64,000 nt of DNA from positions 9,107-73,106 of the forward strand of contig JASGCU010000002.1 in the NCBI GenBank assembly GCA_030053935.1, read 5' to 3'. Shown here piece after piece: positions 30,117 to 42,926 of this stretch. The position numbers and the translations under genes were made by a program. This DNA is from Chitinophagaceae bacterium. Lineage in GTDB: Bacteria; Bacteroidota; Bacteroidia; Cytophagales; JASGCU01. The stretch's first letter is position 1. Each line of letters starts with the position of its first letter. Below the pieces are notes generated by a model that had not been told where the DNA came from, searched no databases, and saw only the letters and a list, made by a program, of their open reading frames with translations.

Positions 30117-30168
30117 TTTCTAATATATGGTTATGCTTGTTTCATTTTCTAATATATGGTTATGCTTG
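30111..30168. repeat. perfect 29-bp tandem duplication (x2) covering the start codon and leader of the 28809-30116 gene
   Basis: tttcattttctaatatatggttatgcttg occurs at 30111-30139 and again at 30140-30168 with no mismatch. Confidence 0.95.
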
Positions 30169-30361
30169 CATCTTTAGTATTGTTAAAATACACTTGCATG
30201 AAAATAAAAAGGTATTGTTAATGTAATATAGATTTTATAAAATTAGTGTTTTTTATGTTTTAAAAAGTTTGGTTTTCAATTGTTTAAACAATGGAAGCTC
30301 TACTAAGAATTTACTAAAACTATATCAAATTAAGAATACCAAATAAAAAAGTATTTTGTAA

Positions 30362-30829
30362 TTATAATCTAAAGTGGGAGAAAGCTTTATTGGCTTCCGC
30401 CATTTTATGAACATCGTCTCGTTTTTTGACAGATGCTCCTTCTTTTTTAGAAGCAGCTATTATTTCAGCTGCAAGTTTATCGGTCATGGTTTTTTCACCG
30501 CGGGACCTTGCGTATTTAATAAGCCATTTTATGCTCAGGGATATTTTTCTTTCGGCTCTTACTTCCACTGGTACTTGAAAGGTAGCTCCTCCTATTCTTC
30601 TGCTTTTTACTTCTACAGAGGGTGTTACATTATTGAGAGCTTTTTTCCATACCTCTATTCCATTTTCATTTGTTTTTTTTTCTATTATACTGATAGCATC
30701 GTAAAAAATGGAGTAAGAGATGCTTTTTTTTCCATCATACATAAGGTTATTTACAAATTTTGTAATCAGTGTATCACCAAACTTAGGGTCTGGTAGTACG
30801 TATCTTTTTTTTGGTTTTGTTTTTCTCAT
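30362..30829 (-). CDS. rpsG: 30S ribosomal protein S7
   Basis: 155 aa. ...[14 protein letters not shown]..., ...[19 protein letters not shown]... typical S7. Confidence 0.95.
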   Translation of the reverse strand: MRKTKPKKRYVLPDPKFGDTLITKFVNNLMYDGKKSISYSIFYDAISIIEKKTNENGIEVWKKALNNVTPSVEVKSRRIGGATFQVPVEVRAERKISLSIKWLIKYARSRGEKTMTDKLAAEIIAASKKEGASVKKRDDVHKMAEANKAFSHFRL

Positions 30830-30832
30830 GGT

Positions 30833-31258
30833 TTATTTTTTAGTTTTTTTATTATCTTTAGTTTTAGTGTCCGGTGTGTTTTTTTTTGCTTTAGGTTTTT
30901 TAGCACCATATTTAGAACGGCTTTTGTATCGTTTTTCTACACCTGCTGTATCTAAGGTTCCTCTAATGATGTGATATCTTACACCTGGTAAATCTTTTAC
31001 TCTTCCTCCTCTTATGAGAACTATAGAGTGCTCTTGCAAATTATGTCCTTCACCTGGTATATAAGCATTTACTTCTTTTTTATTTGTTAAACGAACTCTT
31101 GCAACTTTTCTCATTGCAGAATTTGGTTTTTTAGGAGTAGTAGTATAAACTCTGGTACATACTCCTTTTCTTTGCGGGCAAGATGTTAATGCAGGGGATT
31201 TTGATTTCCATTTTAATCCTGCTCTTCCTTTACGAACTAATTGTTGAATAGTAGGCAT
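30833..31258 (-). CDS. rpsL: 30S ribosomal protein S12 with Lys-rich C-terminal tail
   Basis: 141 aa. [12 protein letters not shown]...[15 protein letters not shown]...; extra tail [22 protein letters not shown]. Confidence 0.95.
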   Translation of the reverse strand: MPTIQQLVRKGRAGLKWKSKSPALTSCPQRKGVCTRVYTTTPKKPNSAMRKVARVRLTNKKEVNAYIPGEGHNLQEHSIVLIRGGRVKDLPGVRYHIIRGTLDTAGVEKRYKSRSKYGAKKPKAKKNTPDTKTKDNKKTKK

Positions 31259-31291
31259 TTAGTATTTATTTAGTATTATTTTATCTATAAA

Positions 31292-31618
31292 TTATGCTTC
31301 GGCTATTTCCCCGCCGAAATGAAAAGGTATCTTTGATATGTCTTCTGTATTGTCTATTTCTCCAAATGTATATTCATATTTTTTGATGTTCTCTTGGAGA
31401 GCATGTAAAAGTCTTTTTGCATGTTCTGGTGTAACTATTATTCTAGATTTTACTTTTGCTTTAGTAACACCTGGCAAAAGAGAAATAAAATCTATTACAA
31501 ACTCTGTTTGAGAATGGGATATCATAACAAGGTTAGAATATATGCCACCAGCAATGTCTTCACTTAATTCAATAGTTATTTGCTGTGATTGATTTATTTT
31601 TTTTTTATTTTCTTCCAT
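31292..31618 (-). CDS. DUF3467 domain protein
   Basis: 108 aa. YSNLVMISHSQTEFVIDF...RIIVTPEHAKRL. Conserved position between rpoC and rpsL in Bacteroidota. Confidence 0.7.
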   Translation of the reverse strand: MEENKKKINQSQQITIELSEDIAGGIYSNLVMISHSQTEFVIDFISLLPGVTKAKVKSRIIVTPEHAKRLLHALQENIKKYEYTFGEIDNTEDISKIPFHFGGEIAEA

Positions 31619-31621
31619 TGT

Positions 31622-34600
31622 TTATTGTAAGTTATGTGTTTTTGTATTATATTCTTTGTTATAGAGGTAGAGATAAGTACTGTTAGAGCCAACGGCGTAT
31701 TCGTTAAATTTTTTAACTCCTGTTCCTGCAGGGATGAGATGTCCAATCAACACATTTTCTTTTAACCCATTTAAAGTATCTGTTTTAGATTTTATAGCGG
31801 CTTCACTTAATACTTTAGTAGTTTCTTGAAAAGATGCGGCAGATAAGAAGCTTTCTGTATCTAAAGAAGCTTGGGTTATTCCTTGTAGTATTGGTCTAGA
31901 AACAGCAGCATTAACATTTCTTACTGTAACAGGTTCGAGTTCTTTACTTTTAAGAAAAGTGTTTTCATTTCGTAACATTTTTAATGAAATTATTTGTCCC
32001 GCTTTTAAATTTGTAGAATCTCCCGTATCTACTACTATTTTTTTATCCATAATAGATTCATTTTCTTTTCTAAAAAGTATTTTATCTATAATTTGGTTTG
32101 GTAAAAGTGTAGTATCTCCAGAATCTACTATTACAACTTTTTGCATCATCTGTCTAACAATAACCTCTATGTGTTTATCATTTATCTTTACTCCTTGTAA
32201 TCTATATACTTCTTGGATTTCATTTACTAAGTATTCTTGAACAGCTGTAGTGCCTTTTATTGCTAAAATATCCGCCAAACTAATAACTCCGTCTGTAAGC
32301 GATCCTCCAGCTTTTACAAAATCATTATCTTGAACTATTATGTGTTTTGTAAGAGGAACCATGTATTTTTTCTTGTACCCATCCTTAGATTCTACAATTA
32401 TTTCTCTGTTTCCCTTTCTGAGTTGTCCATAAGATATTACTCCATCTATTTCGCTTACTACTGCAACGTTAGATGTATTTCTGGCTTCGAATAGTTCTGT
32501 TACACGTGGAAGTCCTCCGGTTATATCTCTGTATTTAGAAGTAACACGAGGTATTTTGGCTATAATTTCTCCTTTGTATATGATTTGTCCATCTTCAACT
32601 GTAAGATGGGCACCCACTGGCAAACTGTATTCTTTTGTGACCTGTTCTTCTTTTAATATGAGTATTGTAGGAGTTTTATTTTTATCTTTTGATTCCGTTA
32701 TTATTTTTTCGGTTCTTCCGGTCTGCTCATCATAATCTTCTTTAAAAGTTATTCCTTCTTCTATGTGGATCAGTTGTACCTTTCCATTATATTCTGAGAG
32801 AATGACAGCATTGTACGGATCCCAGTAACAAAGTTCTTGCCCTTTTTCTACTTTTTCGTTTTCATTTACTCGTAATATAGTACCGTAAGGTACATTTTGA
32901 CTTATGAGTATTTTACCCGTTTTTTCATCTTTAATTTTTATTTCACCTGAACGTCCTAATACTACTGTATTTTTTTGATTCCCTTTATCTAACACGACAG
33001 ATCTCAGTTCTTCAAATTCTACAATACCAGGGAATTTTGCTTTAATAGTATTTTCTACAGCTATATTGGATGCAGCTCCTCCCACGTGAAATGTTCTTAG
33101 TGTAAGCTGAGTACCTGGTTCCCCTATAGATTGTGCGGCGATTACTCCAACAGGTTCTCCTATTTCTACCATTCTTCCACTTGAAAAATTTCTTCCATAG
33201 CATTTACTACATACTCCTTTTTCACTTTCACAAGTAAGAACAGATCTTGTTTCCACTTCTTCTATATTAGATTTTTCTATTTGCATAGCAATATCTTCTC
33301 TTATTTCTTGTCCTGCAGATATTATAAGTTTACCTGTTAATGGTTCGTAAATATCATGGAGAGATACTCTTCCTAAAATTCTATCTGAAAGTGATTCTAT
33401 AACTTCGTCATTTGTTTTATCTACCACTGCAGAAATAGTGATACCCCTCAGTGTGTCACAATCTACTTCATTTATAATAACATCTTGAGTTACATCTATA
33501 AGACGGCGTGTAAGATAACCCGCATCCGCTGTTTTTAAAGCAGTATCGGCTAATCCCTTTCTTGCTCCATGTGTAGAAATAAAATATTCCCAAACTTCCA
33601 ATCCTTCTTTAAAATTAGATATGATAGGGTTTTCTATAATTTCTCCTATGGCTCCTTGTATATTTTTTTGAGGTTTTGCCATTAATCCTCGCATTCCTGC
33701 TAATTGTCTTACTTGTTCTTTACTTCCACGAGCTCCGGAGTGCATCATCATATATATGGAGTTGAATCCTTGGTTATCTTCTTCTAAATTTTTTAAAAGT
33801 TTTGCCGTAAGATCAACATTTACCCGTGTCCATATATCTATAACTTTATTATATTTTTCATTCTCACCAATAAGACCTCCATAATAATTGGTTAAAACAT
33901 TTTCTATTTGTTTTTGAGCATTTTCTATAAAATCTTTTTTCTCATTTGGAATATTAATGTCACTCAATCCTATAGATAAGCCACCTTGGTATGCATACTT
34001 AAATCCTAACTCTTTTATATCATCTAAAAACTGTGAGGTGCGAGACATTCCACATACCTTGAACACTAAGCTAATAATTTGTTGGAGTTTCTTTTTTGTT
34101 AATAATTCATCTAAAAAACCAACTTCTTCGGGGATGCATAAATTAAATAATACTCTTCCAGCAACTGTTTCTATAATACTTGTTTTGAGTTCTTCATTTT
34201 CATCTCTCACTTTTACCCGTACTTTTATATAAGCGTGCTTAGATAATTTTTTCTCGTTAAAAGCTATAACAACTTCTTCGGGGGAATAGAAAGTTATTCC
34301 TTCCCCTAAAATTTTTTCATTGGGAGTACTTTTACGCCCTTTTGTCATGTAGTACAGCCCTAGTACCATATCTTGCGATGGAACACAAATGGGAGCACCA
34401 TTAGCCGGATTTAAAATATTATTAGAAGCTATCATTAAAAGAGATGCTTCTAATATAGCTTCTTGCCCTAATGGTACGTGAACAGCCATTTGATCCCCAT
34501 CAAAATCAGCATTAAAAGCGGTACAAACCAGGGGATGTAATTGAATAGCCTTGTGTTCTATAAGTTTTGGTTGAAATGCTTGGATTCCCATTCTATGAAG

Positions 34601-35929
34601 CGTGGGAGCGCGATTGAGTAAAATTGGATGTCCCTTTAGTATATTTTCTAATATATCCCAAATACGAGGATCTTTTAAATCTATGATTCTTTTAGCATCT
34701 TTTACTGTAGTAGTTATTCCTCGTTCTATTAATCTTCTTATAATAAAAGGTTTAAATAATTCAGCAGCCATTTCTTTTGGTAATCCACATTCATGTATTT
34801 TGAGCTCCGGACCTACTACTATAACAGATCTACCTGAATAGTCGACTCTTTTTCCAAGTAGGTTTTTTCTAAATCTTCCTTGTTTTCCTTTCAGCATATC
34901 TGAAAGTGATTTTGTTGTACCTCCTCCTTCTGATCTGCCCGAGGTTCCTACTTTTCTAGAATTATCTAATAACGCATCTACTGCCTCTTGGAGCATTCTT
35001 TTTTCGTTTCTTAAAACAACTTCTGGAGCTTTTATATCTATAAGTTTTTTTAATCTATTATTACGAATAATAACTCTTCTGTAAAAATCATTCAAATCAG
35101 ATGTTGCGAATCTACCACCGTCCAAAGCTACCAAAGGCCTCAGCTCAGGTGGAATAACCGGAATAACTTTTAGTATCATCCATTCTGGTTTATTTTGTCT
35201 TTTCCCTTTGGAAGTACGAAATGCTTCTATAACTCGTAATCTTTTTAGAGATTCTATTTTTTTTTGCTGTGATGATTCAGAATGTATACTTTGCCTTAAT
35301 GTATAAGAAACACTATCTAAATCAACTTTTTTTAAGAGAGTTTCTATTGCATCAGATCCTGTCTTAGCAATAAATTTATGAGGATTAGAATCATCAAAGG
35401 TCTGGTTATCAGTTGGAATATTTTCCATTATATTTATATACTCATTTTCGGTTAAAAAATCTAGTTCATTTAATCCATTTTGAGCACATACACCTGGTTG
35501 TATGACTACATATTTTTCGTAATAGATAATTTGATCTAATTTTTTAGAGGGTATTCCTAAAATATAGCCTATTTTGTTTGGAAGACATTTAAAATACCAA
35601 ATATGAGCTACAGGGACTACCAACTCTATGTGTCCCATTCTTTCTCTACGAACTTTTTTTTCCGTAACCTCTACCCCACACCTATCACACGTTACTCCTT
35701 TATATCTTATTCTTTTATATTTTCCACAGTGGCATTCCCAATCTTTTATAGGTCCAAAAATCCGTTCACAAAAAAGACCATCTGTTTCAGGTTTATAAGT
35801 TCTATAATTAATAGTTTCGGCTTCTTTCACTTCTCCAAAAGAATTTTCTAAAATAGATTCTGGGGAAGCAATGCCTATCGATATTTTTGTAAAATCGGTA
35901 TTTATACTTTTATTTCTTTTGAATATCAT
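31622..35929 (-). CDS. rpoC: DNA-directed RNA polymerase subunit beta prime
   Basis: 1435 aa. Zn-finger [23 protein letters not shown] and catalytic [12 protein letters not shown]. Confidence 0.98.
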   Translation of the reverse strand: MIFKRNKSINTDFTKISIGIASPESILENSFGEVKEAETINYRTYKPETDGLFCERIFGPIKDWECHCGKYKRIRYKGVTCDRCGVEVTEKKVRRERMGHIELVVPVAHIWYFKCLPNKIGYILGIPSKKLDQIIYYEKYVVIQPGVCAQNGLNELDFLTENEYINIMENIPTDNQTFDDSNPHKFIAKTGSDAIETLLKKVDLDSVSYTLRQSIHSESSQQKKIESLKRLRVIEAFRTSKGKRQNKPEWMILKVIPVIPPELRPLVALDGGRFATSDLNDFYRRVIIRNNRLKKLIDIKAPEVVLRNEKRMLQEAVDALLDNSRKVGTSGRSEGGGTTKSLSDMLKGKQGRFRKNLLGKRVDYSGRSVIVVGPELKIHECGLPKEMAAELFKPFIIRRLIERGITTTVKDAKRIIDLKDPRIWDILENILKGHPILLNRAPTLHRMGIQAFQPKLIEHKAIQLHPLVCTAFNADFDGDQMAVHVPLGQEAILEASLLMIASNNILNPANGAPICVPSQDMVLGLYYMTKGRKSTPNEKILGEGITFYSPEEVVIAFNEKKLSKHAYIKVRVKVRDENEELKTSIIETVAGRVLFNLCIPEEVGFLDELLTKKKLQQIISLVFKVCGMSRTSQFLDDIKELGFKYAYQGGLSIGLSDINIPNEKKDFIENAQKQIENVLTNYYGGLIGENEKYNKVIDIWTRVNVDLTAKLLKNLEEDNQGFNSIYMMMHSGARGSKEQVRQLAGMRGLMAKPQKNIQGAIGEIIENPIISNFKEGLEVWEYFISTHGARKGLADTALKTADAGYLTRRLIDVTQDVIINEVDCDTLRGITISAVVDKTNDEVIESLSDRILGRVSLHDIYEPLTGKLIISAGQEIREDIAMQIEKSNIEEVETRSVLTCESEKGVCSKCYGRNFSSGRMVEIGEPVGVIAAQSIGEPGTQLTLRTFHVGGAASNIAVENTIKAKFPGIVEFEELRSVVLDKGNQKNTVVLGRSGEIKIKDEKTGKILISQNVPYGTILRVNENEKVEKGQELCYWDPYNAVILSEYNGKVQLIHIEEGITFKEDYDEQTGRTEKIITESKDKNKTPTILILKEEQVTKEYSLPVGAHLTVEDGQIIYKGEIIAKIPRVTSKYRDITGGLPRVTELFEARNTSNVAVVSEIDGVISYGQLRKGNREIIVESKDGYKKKYMVPLTKHIIVQDNDFVKAGGSLTDGVISLADILAIKGTTAVQEYLVNEIQEVYRLQGVKINDKHIEVIVRQMMQKVVIVDSGDTTLLPNQIIDKILFRKENESIMDKKIVVDTGDSTNLKAGQIISLKMLRNENTFLKSKELEPVTVRNVNAAVSRPILQGITQASLDTESFLSAASFQETTKVLSEAAIKSKTDTLNGLKENVLIGHLIPAGTGVKKFNEYAVGSNSTYLYLYNKEYNTKTHNLQ

Positions 35930-35962
35930 AACAAATAATTTATTTTTGAAATTATATTATTT

Positions 35963-38900
35963 TTATTTCTCTAAATTTATTTCTAATCCCAATCCTCTTA
36001 ATTCTTGAATAAGAACATTGAAAGACTCAGGGATTCCAGGAGTACGTAAACTTTCACCTTTTACAATGGATTCGTATGCTTTAGCACGGCCTACCACATC
36101 ATCAGATTTTATAGTTAATATTTCTTGGAGTATATGTGATGCTCCAAAAGCTTCTATAGCCCATACTTCCATTTCTCCAAAACGTTGCCCCCCGAATTGT
36201 GCTTTACCACCTAAAGGTTGTTGTGTAATAAGTGAGTAGGGACCTATAGATCTTGCATGCATTTTATCATCAACTAAATGTCCTAATTTAAGCATATAGA
36301 TAACACCCACTGTAACAGGTTGTTCAAACTTTTCCCCGGTCAGTCCATCATATAGATAATCTCTCCCAAAGGGAGGTAACCCTGCTTTTTTTAATTCATT
36401 TGACACTTCTTGCAATGTTGCTCCGTCAAATATATGGGTTGTATATTTTATTCCTAATTTCAATCCGGCCCATCCCAAAACAGTCTCGTATATTTGACCT
36501 ATATTCATACGAGATGGAACACCAAGTGGATTTAAAACTACATCTACAGGGGTCCCATCTTCCATAAAAGGCATATCTTCCTGTCTTACTATTTTTGCTA
36601 CTACGCCTTTATTTCCGTGTCTTCCTGCCATTTTATCTCCTACTTTTAATTTCCGCTTTTTGGCAACATATACTTTTGCTAATTTTACTATTTCCGTGGG
36701 AAGTTCGTCTCCTGTTTCTAAAATATATTTATTTTTTTTAAAATTTGCAGATATTTCAGCCCATTTTTTAGAATAATTATTTAGTAGCGTAACTATTGCT
36801 TTGTTTGTTTCTATATCATCTGTCCAATTTTCAAAAACAACATCTGCTATAAGATTTGTTTCCTCAGGAACAGAATAACCGCTTTCATCTCTATAATTAT
36901 TTTTATTAGGGAATAGCATTTCTGTTATTAGATTTCCATTCAATTTTACACCATGTGAAATCACATCATTACTATATCTATGTTTTATTCCTTGGCAAAT
37001 TTTACCATCAAGCAATAATGTTAATTTTTCTATGCATGCACGTTTTAACTTCGATAGATTTTGACTGTACTTATCTTTCAATAAATCCATATCTTTTTTT
37101 ATCTTAGTTTTATTATCTTTCTTTATACGTGAAAAAAGTTGAGTATTTATCACCACTCCTCTTAAAGAAGCAGGGGCTCTAAATGAAGCATCTTTCACAT
37201 CTCCTGCTTTATTGCCAAAAATAGCTTTTAGTAATTTTTCTTCCGGAGAAGGATCAGATTCTCCTTTTGGGGTTATTTTTCCTATAAGTATATCACCTTC
37301 TTTTACAGGGGAACCAACCCTTACTATTCCGTTTTCGTCTAAATTTTTTATAACCTCATCGCTCATATTCGGTATCTCAGAAGTTAATTCTTCTTCTCCT
37401 CTTTTCATATCTTTTACTCCTAATCTAAATTCTTCTATATGAACAGAAGTAAAAATGTCTTCTGAAACAACTTTTTCTGATATAACAATAGCATCCTCAA
37501 AATTATAACCTTGCCATGGCATAAACGCAACTTTTAGATTGCGTCCTAAAGCAAGCTCTCCTTTTTCGGTAGCAAAACCTTCGCATAAAATTTGTCCTTG
37601 TTTCACTTCATCTCCTTTAAAAACAATAGGTCTCATATTTAAGACAGTATCTTGGTTAGTCCGTCTATATTTAGGTAGAGAATAAACCTGTTCATCATCA
37701 TCAAAAGAAACTTGTTTTTCGAAATCAGTTCTATAATTTTCTATAATAATTTTCGTAGAATCTACATATTTTACAATTCCATCTTTTTCAGATATTATAA
37801 AATTTTTAGAATCCATGATAAGCTTATGTTCAAAACCGGTAGCAACAATAGGGGCTTCTGGTAATATTAAAGGAACTGCTTGCCTTTGCATGTTAGACCC
37901 CATAAGTGCTCTATTTGCATCGTCATGTTCTAAAAATGGAATAAGAGACGCACCTATAGAGACTATTTGATCGGGAGCAATATCCATATAAGAAATTTTA
38001 TCTGGGGATACTAATGGAAAATCCGCACCGTATCGTGATTTGATTTTCCCATCTAAAAAGAACCCTTTATTATCTAATTTCATGTGGGACTGGGCAATAT
38101 AACAATTTTCTTCTTCTTCTGCAGATAAATAAACTATATCATCCGTGACCTTACCATTTTTTACCTTTCTATATGGGGTTTCTATAAATCCCATAGGATT
38201 AATTTTTGCATAAACACAAAGAGAAGAGATGAGTCCTATGTTAGGACCTTCGGGGGTTTCGATGGTACATAAACGTCCATAATGTGTGTAATGAATATCA
38301 CGCACCTCAAACCCAGCTCTATCTCGAGAAAGCCCACCAGGCCCCAAAGCCGTTAGTCTTCTTTTATGTGTGATTTCTGCTAAAGGATTGGTTTGATCCA
38401 TAAATTGAGAAAGCTGACTCGTACCAAAAAAAGAATTTATAACCGTGATAAGAGTTTTAGGGCTTACTAAATCAATAGGTTTAAACTCTTCAACATCTTT
38501 CATATTCATTTTATCCGCAATAATTCTTGCCATTCTGGATAATCCTACATAAAAAAGATTATATAATTGTTCACCAACAGTTCTTACTTTTCTATTCCCC
38601 AAATGATCTATGTCATCAACTATTGCTCTAGAGTTTACTAATCCTACAAGATACTTTATTATTTCAATAATATCATGAACAGTAAGAACAGATTCTGAAT
38701 GTTTTTTTGAATCCATTTTGAGTTTTTTATTAATTCTATAGCGACCTACTTTGCCCAAATCATATCTTTTTTCGCTAAAAAACAAATTATGGATTATATC
38801 TTTTGCAGTTTGTTCATCTGGCGCTTCTGCATTTCTCAACTGTCTATATATTTGTTCAACTGCTTCTTTTGTAGAATTAGAACTATCTTTTTGTAAAGTA

Positions 38901-39841
38901 TTATAAATAATAGAATATTCACTCAAGTTTATATCTTCTCTATGAACGATAATATAAGAAACTTTTGATTCTAATATTATAGATATGTCTTCTTCCTTTA
39001 GTATATAATCTCGTTCTAATTTAATCTGGTTCCTTTCAATAGAGATTACTTCGCCTGTATCTTCATCAATAAAGTCTTCCATATAAGTGTGTATAACTCG
39101 TGCTGCAAGCTTTCTTCCTATATTTTTCATCAAATCATCTCTCGTTGCAGGAACATCTTCAGAAAGTCCAAAGATATCTAATATACTTTTATCCGTACTA
39201 TATCCTATAGCACGTAATAGAGTAGTTATTGGAAACTTTTTTTTTCTGTCAATATAAGCATACATTATATTATTGGCATCTGTAGCAAATTCTATCCATG
39301 CTCCTGTAAAAGGTATAACACGAGCAGAATATAATTTTGTTCCATTCGTATGTCTGCTTTGAGCAAAAAACACACCAGGAGATCTGTGTAATTGTGAAAC
39401 TATGACTCGTTCAGCTCCGTTAATAACAAAAGATCCTCTCTGAGTCATGTAAGGTATGTTTCCTAAAAAAATCTCTTGTTCATAAATAGTAGGTTCTTTA
39501 TTGTCAAAAGAATAAGAGGTTACTTTGAACTTGACTTTGAAAGGAACAGAGTAGGTCAGCCCTCTATCTATGCATTCCTCTATTGAATATCTAGGAATGT
39601 CAATAGAATAATCTACAAATTCTATAGTAAAATTTTTCCTTGCATCAGAAATGGGAAATATATCACAAAAAAGCTGGTATAAACTTTGCTTTTTTTTATC
39701 TTGATTTGCTATGTCTAATTGAATGAATTCTTGAAACGAGGAAGTTTGAATATCTAAAAAATTAGGGTAGTTAAATTCTGTTTCTTTCGGAATCTTTACT
39801 TTAGCAAAATTTATTCTTTTAGTGTTATGTAATGTATTCAA
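35963..39841 (-). CDS. rpoB: DNA-directed RNA polymerase subunit beta
   Basis: 1292 aa. [31 protein letters not shown] motifs. The start codon appears to be TTG, so the exact start is uncertain. Confidence 0.97.
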   Translation of the reverse strand: MNTLHNTKRINFAKVKIPKETEFNYPNFLDIQTSSFQEFIQLDIANQDKKKQSLYQLFCDIFPISDARKNFTIEFVDYSIDIPRYSIEECIDRGLTYSVPFKVKFKVTSYSFDNKEPTIYEQEIFLGNIPYMTQRGSFVINGAERVIVSQLHRSPGVFFAQSRHTNGTKLYSARVIPFTGAWIEFATDANNIMYAYIDRKKKFPITTLLRAIGYSTDKSILDIFGLSEDVPATRDDLMKNIGRKLAARVIHTYMEDFIDEDTGEVISIERNQIKLERDYILKEEDISIILESKVSYIIVHREDINLSEYSIIYNTLQKDSSNSTKEAVEQIYRQLRNAEAPDEQTAKDIIHNLFFSEKRYDLGKVGRYRINKKLKMDSKKHSESVLTVHDIIEIIKYLVGLVNSRAIVDDIDHLGNRKVRTVGEQLYNLFYVGLSRMARIIADKMNMKDVEEFKPIDLVSPKTLITVINSFFGTSQLSQFMDQTNPLAEITHKRRLTALGPGGLSRDRAGFEVRDIHYTHYGRLCTIETPEGPNIGLISSLCVYAKINPMGFIETPYRKVKNGKVTDDIVYLSAEEEENCYIAQSHMKLDNKGFFLDGKIKSRYGADFPLVSPDKISYMDIAPDQIVSIGASLIPFLEHDDANRALMGSNMQRQAVPLILPEAPIVATGFEHKLIMDSKNFIISEKDGIVKYVDSTKIIIENYRTDFEKQVSFDDDEQVYSLPKYRRTNQDTVLNMRPIVFKGDEVKQGQILCEGFATEKGELALGRNLKVAFMPWQGYNFEDAIVISEKVVSEDIFTSVHIEEFRLGVKDMKRGEEELTSEIPNMSDEVIKNLDENGIVRVGSPVKEGDILIGKITPKGESDPSPEEKLLKAIFGNKAGDVKDASFRAPASLRGVVINTQLFSRIKKDNKTKIKKDMDLLKDKYSQNLSKLKRACIEKLTLLLDGKICQGIKHRYSNDVISHGVKLNGNLITEMLFPNKNNYRDESGYSVPEETNLIADVVFENWTDDIETNKAIVTLLNNYSKKWAEISANFKKNKYILETGDELPTEIVKLAKVYVAKKRKLKVGDKMAGRHGNKGVVAKIVRQEDMPFMEDGTPVDVVLNPLGVPSRMNIGQIYETVLGWAGLKLGIKYTTHIFDGATLQEVSNELKKAGLPPFGRDYLYDGLTGEKFEQPVTVGVIYMLKLGHLVDDKMHARSIGPYSLITQQPLGGKAQFGGQRFGEMEVWAIEAFGASHILQEILTIKSDDVVGRAKAYESIVKGESLRTPGIPESFNVLIQELRGLGLEINLEK

Positions 39842-39960
39842 AACAATGTTATTTTAGAAGTATGAGTACTAATTTCTCTATAATTTTATAGTGAAAATAA
39901 AATATATTTCACAAACGCAATAATTCAATAAATATTTTTGACCTTTCACAACATTTAGTT

Positions 39961-39987
39961 AAAAGATCCGTATTATTCGGATCTTTT
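39961..39987 (-). terminator. intrinsic terminator/attenuator hairpin between rplL and rpoB
   Basis: Perfect 10-bp stem aaaagatccg / cggatctttt with a 7-nt loop. On the minus strand a GATCCG..CGGATC core is followed by TTTT, 19 nt after the rplL stop. Confidence 0.7.
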
Positions 39988-40005
39988 AAACTAAAAAACA
40001 CATTA

Positions 40006-40389
40006 TTATTTTACTTCTACCTCAGCTCCTAATTCTTCTAATTTGGTTTTTAGTGCAGCGGCTTCGTCTTTTTGTACTCCTTCCTTTAAAGGTTTAGGAG
40101 CATTATCAACAAGATCTTTTGCTTCTTTTAATCCTAATCCTGTCAGATCTTTTACTAGTTTTATAACACCTAATTTATTCGCTCCCGCTGCTTTTAAAAT
40201 CACATCAAAAGATGTTTTTTCAGGTACTGCTGTCGCTGTATTACCACCAGGTGCAATGCCTCCTGCCATTACAACTGGAGATGTAGCTGCCTCTATGCCA
40301 TATTCGTTTTTAAGAATTTTTGCTAATTCATTTACTTCTTTTACTGATAAATTTACTAATTGTTCAGCTATTGCTTTTAAATCTGTCAT
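40006..40389 (-). CDS. rplL: 50S ribosomal protein L7/L12
   Basis: 127 aa. Ala/Gly hinge, ...[12 protein letters not shown]...[12 protein letters not shown]. Confidence 0.97.
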   Translation of the reverse strand: MTDLKAIAEQLVNLSVKEVNELAKILKNEYGIEAATSPVVMAGGIAPGGNTATAVPEKTSFDVILKAAGANKLGVIKLVKDLTGLGLKEAKDLVDNAPKPLKEGVQKDEAAALKTKLEELGAEVEVK

Positions 40390-40426
40390 TTTAATTATTA
40401 CTTATATTATTATTATTTAAAAATTA

Positions 40427-40954
40427 TTATTTTTCTGACAGTGTTTTTAAAACTCCTGTCAATGTATTATTACCACTCTGAATAGTGGTAACTAACTTTT
40501 TCATCGGGGATTGTAAGAGTGTAACAATATCTCCTACTAACTCATTCTTAGATTTAATATTAAGGAGTATTTCTAAATTTTCTTCCCCAATAAAAAAATC
40601 TGATTCTATGGAAGCAGCCTTAAACGTAGGTCTTTTATTTTTATCTTTCTGTTGAAATTCTTTTATCACTTTTGCAGGTATTTTTGCAGAACTATTGCAA
40701 AAAATAATCCCAGAAAATCCTTTTAACACTTTTTTATTCCATGAAGAATAATCTACATTTTGTGTATCTAATGCTTTTTTTATAATAGTATTTTTAAATA
40801 CTTTATATTCAAGACCATTTTGAAAACAAATACGTCTAAAAGAATTTATTTCTGATACTGTAAATCCTGAAGTATCTGTTACATAAAAATAAGGTGTTTT
40901 TGCAAATTTTTCTTTGAGTTCTTCTATCAAAACTCCTTTTTTTTCTCTGTTCAT
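40427..40954 (-). CDS. rplJ: 50S ribosomal protein L10
   Basis: 175 aa, in the position between rplA and rplL; N-terminus MNREKKGVLIEELKEKF is L10-like. Confidence 0.9.
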   Translation of the reverse strand: MNREKKGVLIEELKEKFAKTPYFYVTDTSGFTVSEINSFRRICFQNGLEYKVFKNTIIKKALDTQNVDYSSWNKKVLKGFSGIIFCNSSAKIPAKVIKEFQQKDKNKRPTFKAASIESDFFIGEENLEILLNIKSKNELVGDIVTLLQSPMKKLVTTIQSGNNTLTGVLKTLSEK

Positions 40955-40959
40955 GTTTA

Positions 40960-41658
40960 TTATATTCCTATTATTGTGTTTTTATCTATTTGAATACTCT
41001 TACTCATAGTACTAGATAAGTAAATACTTTTAAAATATATACCTTTAGAAGAAGATGGTTTTAATCGGGCTACTGTTTGAAGTATTTCTAATGCATTTTC
41101 TTTAATTTTTTCAGATTCAAAGGATGTTTTCCCGATACTTGTATGAATTATTCCTGCTTTATCTATTTTAAAATCTATTTTTCCTGCTTTTACTTCTTTT
41201 ACTGCTTTTCCTACCTCTAATGTTACCGTTCCTGATTTAGGATTTGGCATCAGTCCCCTTGGTCCTAGTATTTTTCCAAGTTTTCCTACTTTTGCCATAA
41301 TAATAGGCATAGTGATTATAACATCTATATCTACCCATCCCCCTTCTATTTTCTTTATATATTCTTCTAATCCTACATAGTCGGCACCAGATTCCCTCGC
41401 TTCATCTTCTTTTTCTGGAGTACATAAAACTAATACTCTTACAGATTTTCCTATTCCATGCGGTAAAGAAACAACTCCTCTTACCATTTGGTCAGATTTT
41501 TTAGGATCCACACCTAATCTCATATCTATATCCACAGAAGAATCAAATTTTGTAAATGTTATTTCTTTTACTATTTTGCAAGCTTCTTCAAGAGAATATA
41601 TTTTATCGGCATCGTATTTTAGAATAGATGTTTTTTGGTTTTTTGTTAATTTTTTCAT
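40960..41658 (-). CDS. rplA: 50S ribosomal protein L1
   Basis: 232 aa. ...[16 protein letters not shown]... L1 signature. Confidence 0.96.
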   Translation of the reverse strand: MKKLTKNQKTSILKYDADKIYSLEEACKIVKEITFTKFDSSVDIDMRLGVDPKKSDQMVRGVVSLPHGIGKSVRVLVLCTPEKEDEARESGADYVGLEEYIKKIEGGWVDIDVIITMPIIMAKVGKLGKILGPRGLMPNPKSGTVTLEVGKAVKEVKAGKIDFKIDKAGIIHTSIGKTSFESEKIKENALEILQTVARLKPSSSKGIYFKSIYLSSTMSKSIQIDKNTIIGI

Positions 41659-41676
41659 TATTTTTAAAGTATCTAT

Positions 41677-42117
41677 TTAATTCCAAGGTGCTTTTCCGGT
41701 GACAGTAATTCCCATGCTTCTAGCTGTTCCACTTATCATTTTCATAGCAGATTTAAGAGTAAAAGCATTGAGATCGGGCATTTTTATTTCTGCTATTTTT
41801 TGCACTTGATCCCATGTAATGTTTCCTACTTTATTACGGTTTGGTTGCGCAGAACCTAATTTTGATTTACTTGCTTCTAGTATCAGCAGTGGTGCTGGTG
41901 GTGTTTTTACAACAAAATCAAAGGTTTTATCGTTATAAACAGTTATAAGAACTGGTATTAAACTCCCTTTCTTATCCTGAGTACGAGCATTAAATTGTTT
42001 ACAAAACTCCATTATATTTAATCCCTTGCTCCCTAAGGCAGGCCCTACGGGTGGAGATGGGTTTGCTTCTCCTCCTTTTACTTGTAATTTTATATATCCT
42101 GTTATTTCTTTTGCCAT
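41677..42117 (-). CDS. rplK: 50S ribosomal protein L11
   Basis: 146 aa. ...[26 protein letters not shown]... Confidence 0.97.
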   Translation of the reverse strand: MAKEITGYIKLQVKGGEANPSPPVGPALGSKGLNIMEFCKQFNARTQDKKGSLIPVLITVYNDKTFDFVVKTPPAPLLILEASKSKLGSAQPNRNKVGNITWDQVQKIAEIKMPDLNAFTLKSAMKMISGTARSMGITVTGKAPWN

Positions 42118-42131
42118 ATAATTCTTTGGTT

Positions 42132-42683
42132 TTATGATTCTTTTTCTGCTTGTGAGTAATTTAATTCTACTAATGTATTACGTCCAAAAATTTTTACAGT
42201 AACATTTATTTTTTTTCTTTCTTCAAATACTTCTTGCACGGTTGCAAAAAAACCGGTAAAAGGTCCATCTATCACTTTCACAGATTGGCCAGGAGAAAAT
42301 GAGATATTTTGTTTTACCAGGGCTTCCTCTGCTTCTTCCATTTTTCCTAGTATACGATTAATTTCATTTTGTCTTAGTGGAGTTGGATTTTTATCTGTTT
42401 TATCTTTAGATCCAACAAATCCTAAAACGCCAGGTGTATAATTTACTGTATGCAACACCTCGCCATGACTTACATCTGCAAATATAAATATATAACCTCC
42501 AAATATTTTTTTTTCTCTTACATATCTTTTTCCTTTTCTTTCCTCATATACTTTTTCAACTGGTATAAGTATTTCGGAAATATAATTTTGCAATTTTTGT
42601 CTACTAATTTCTGTTTCCAAAAATGTTTTTATTTTCTTTTCTTGCCCTGTAATTGCTTTTATTGCATACCAATTTAACTGCAT
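42132..42683 (-). CDS. nusG: transcription termination/antitermination factor NusG
   Basis: 183 aa. NGN domain [13 protein letters not shown] and [24 protein letters not shown]. Confidence 0.95.
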   Translation of the reverse strand: MQLNWYAIKAITGQEKKIKTFLETEISRQKLQNYISEILIPVEKVYEERKGKRYVREKKIFGGYIFIFADVSHGEVLHTVNYTPGVLGFVGSKDKTDKNPTPLRQNEINRILGKMEEAEEALVKQNISFSPGQSVKVIDGPFTGFFATVQEVFEERKKINVTVKIFGRNTLVELNYSQAEKES

Positions 42684-42700
42684 CGTAATTATAGTTTACA

Positions 42701-42892
42701 TTAAACGGTGTTATAAATAAATTGTAAAATTTGTTCAAAAACTCTATCTACAATACCTACTAATATTGCAAAAATTATAGCAGATATAAGTATCATAGTA
42801 GCGTTTTTTCGTAAAGAAATATAACTAGGCCAAGTAACTTTTGTCATCATTTCTTCGTATGAAGATATAACAAAAAATTTTATTTTATTCAT
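42701..42892 (-). CDS. secE: preprotein translocase subunit SecE
   Basis: 63 aa from the Met at 42892 (MNKIKFF...EMMTKVTWPS...single TM). The longer ORF-track version (to 42976) overlaps tRNA-Trp and is rejected. Confidence 0.85.
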   Translation of the reverse strand: MNKIKFFVISSYEEMMTKVTWPSYISLRKNATMILISAIIFAILVGIVDRVFEQILQFIYNTV

Positions 42893-42926
42893 ATTTTTTT
42901 TAGTAACCAATATATTGAAAGAGAAG

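Noticed and set aside
31959-39841. Numerous 60-140 aa ORFs antisense to or overlapping rpoC, rpoB, rplL, tuf-region genes and other long CDSs (e.g. 31959-32240, 33957-34232, 36018-36239, 40043-40420).
   Set aside because: They lie entirely inside well-supported conserved genes on the opposite strand and have low-complexity, Ser/Phe/Ile-rich compositions typical of antisense frames. No independent support.
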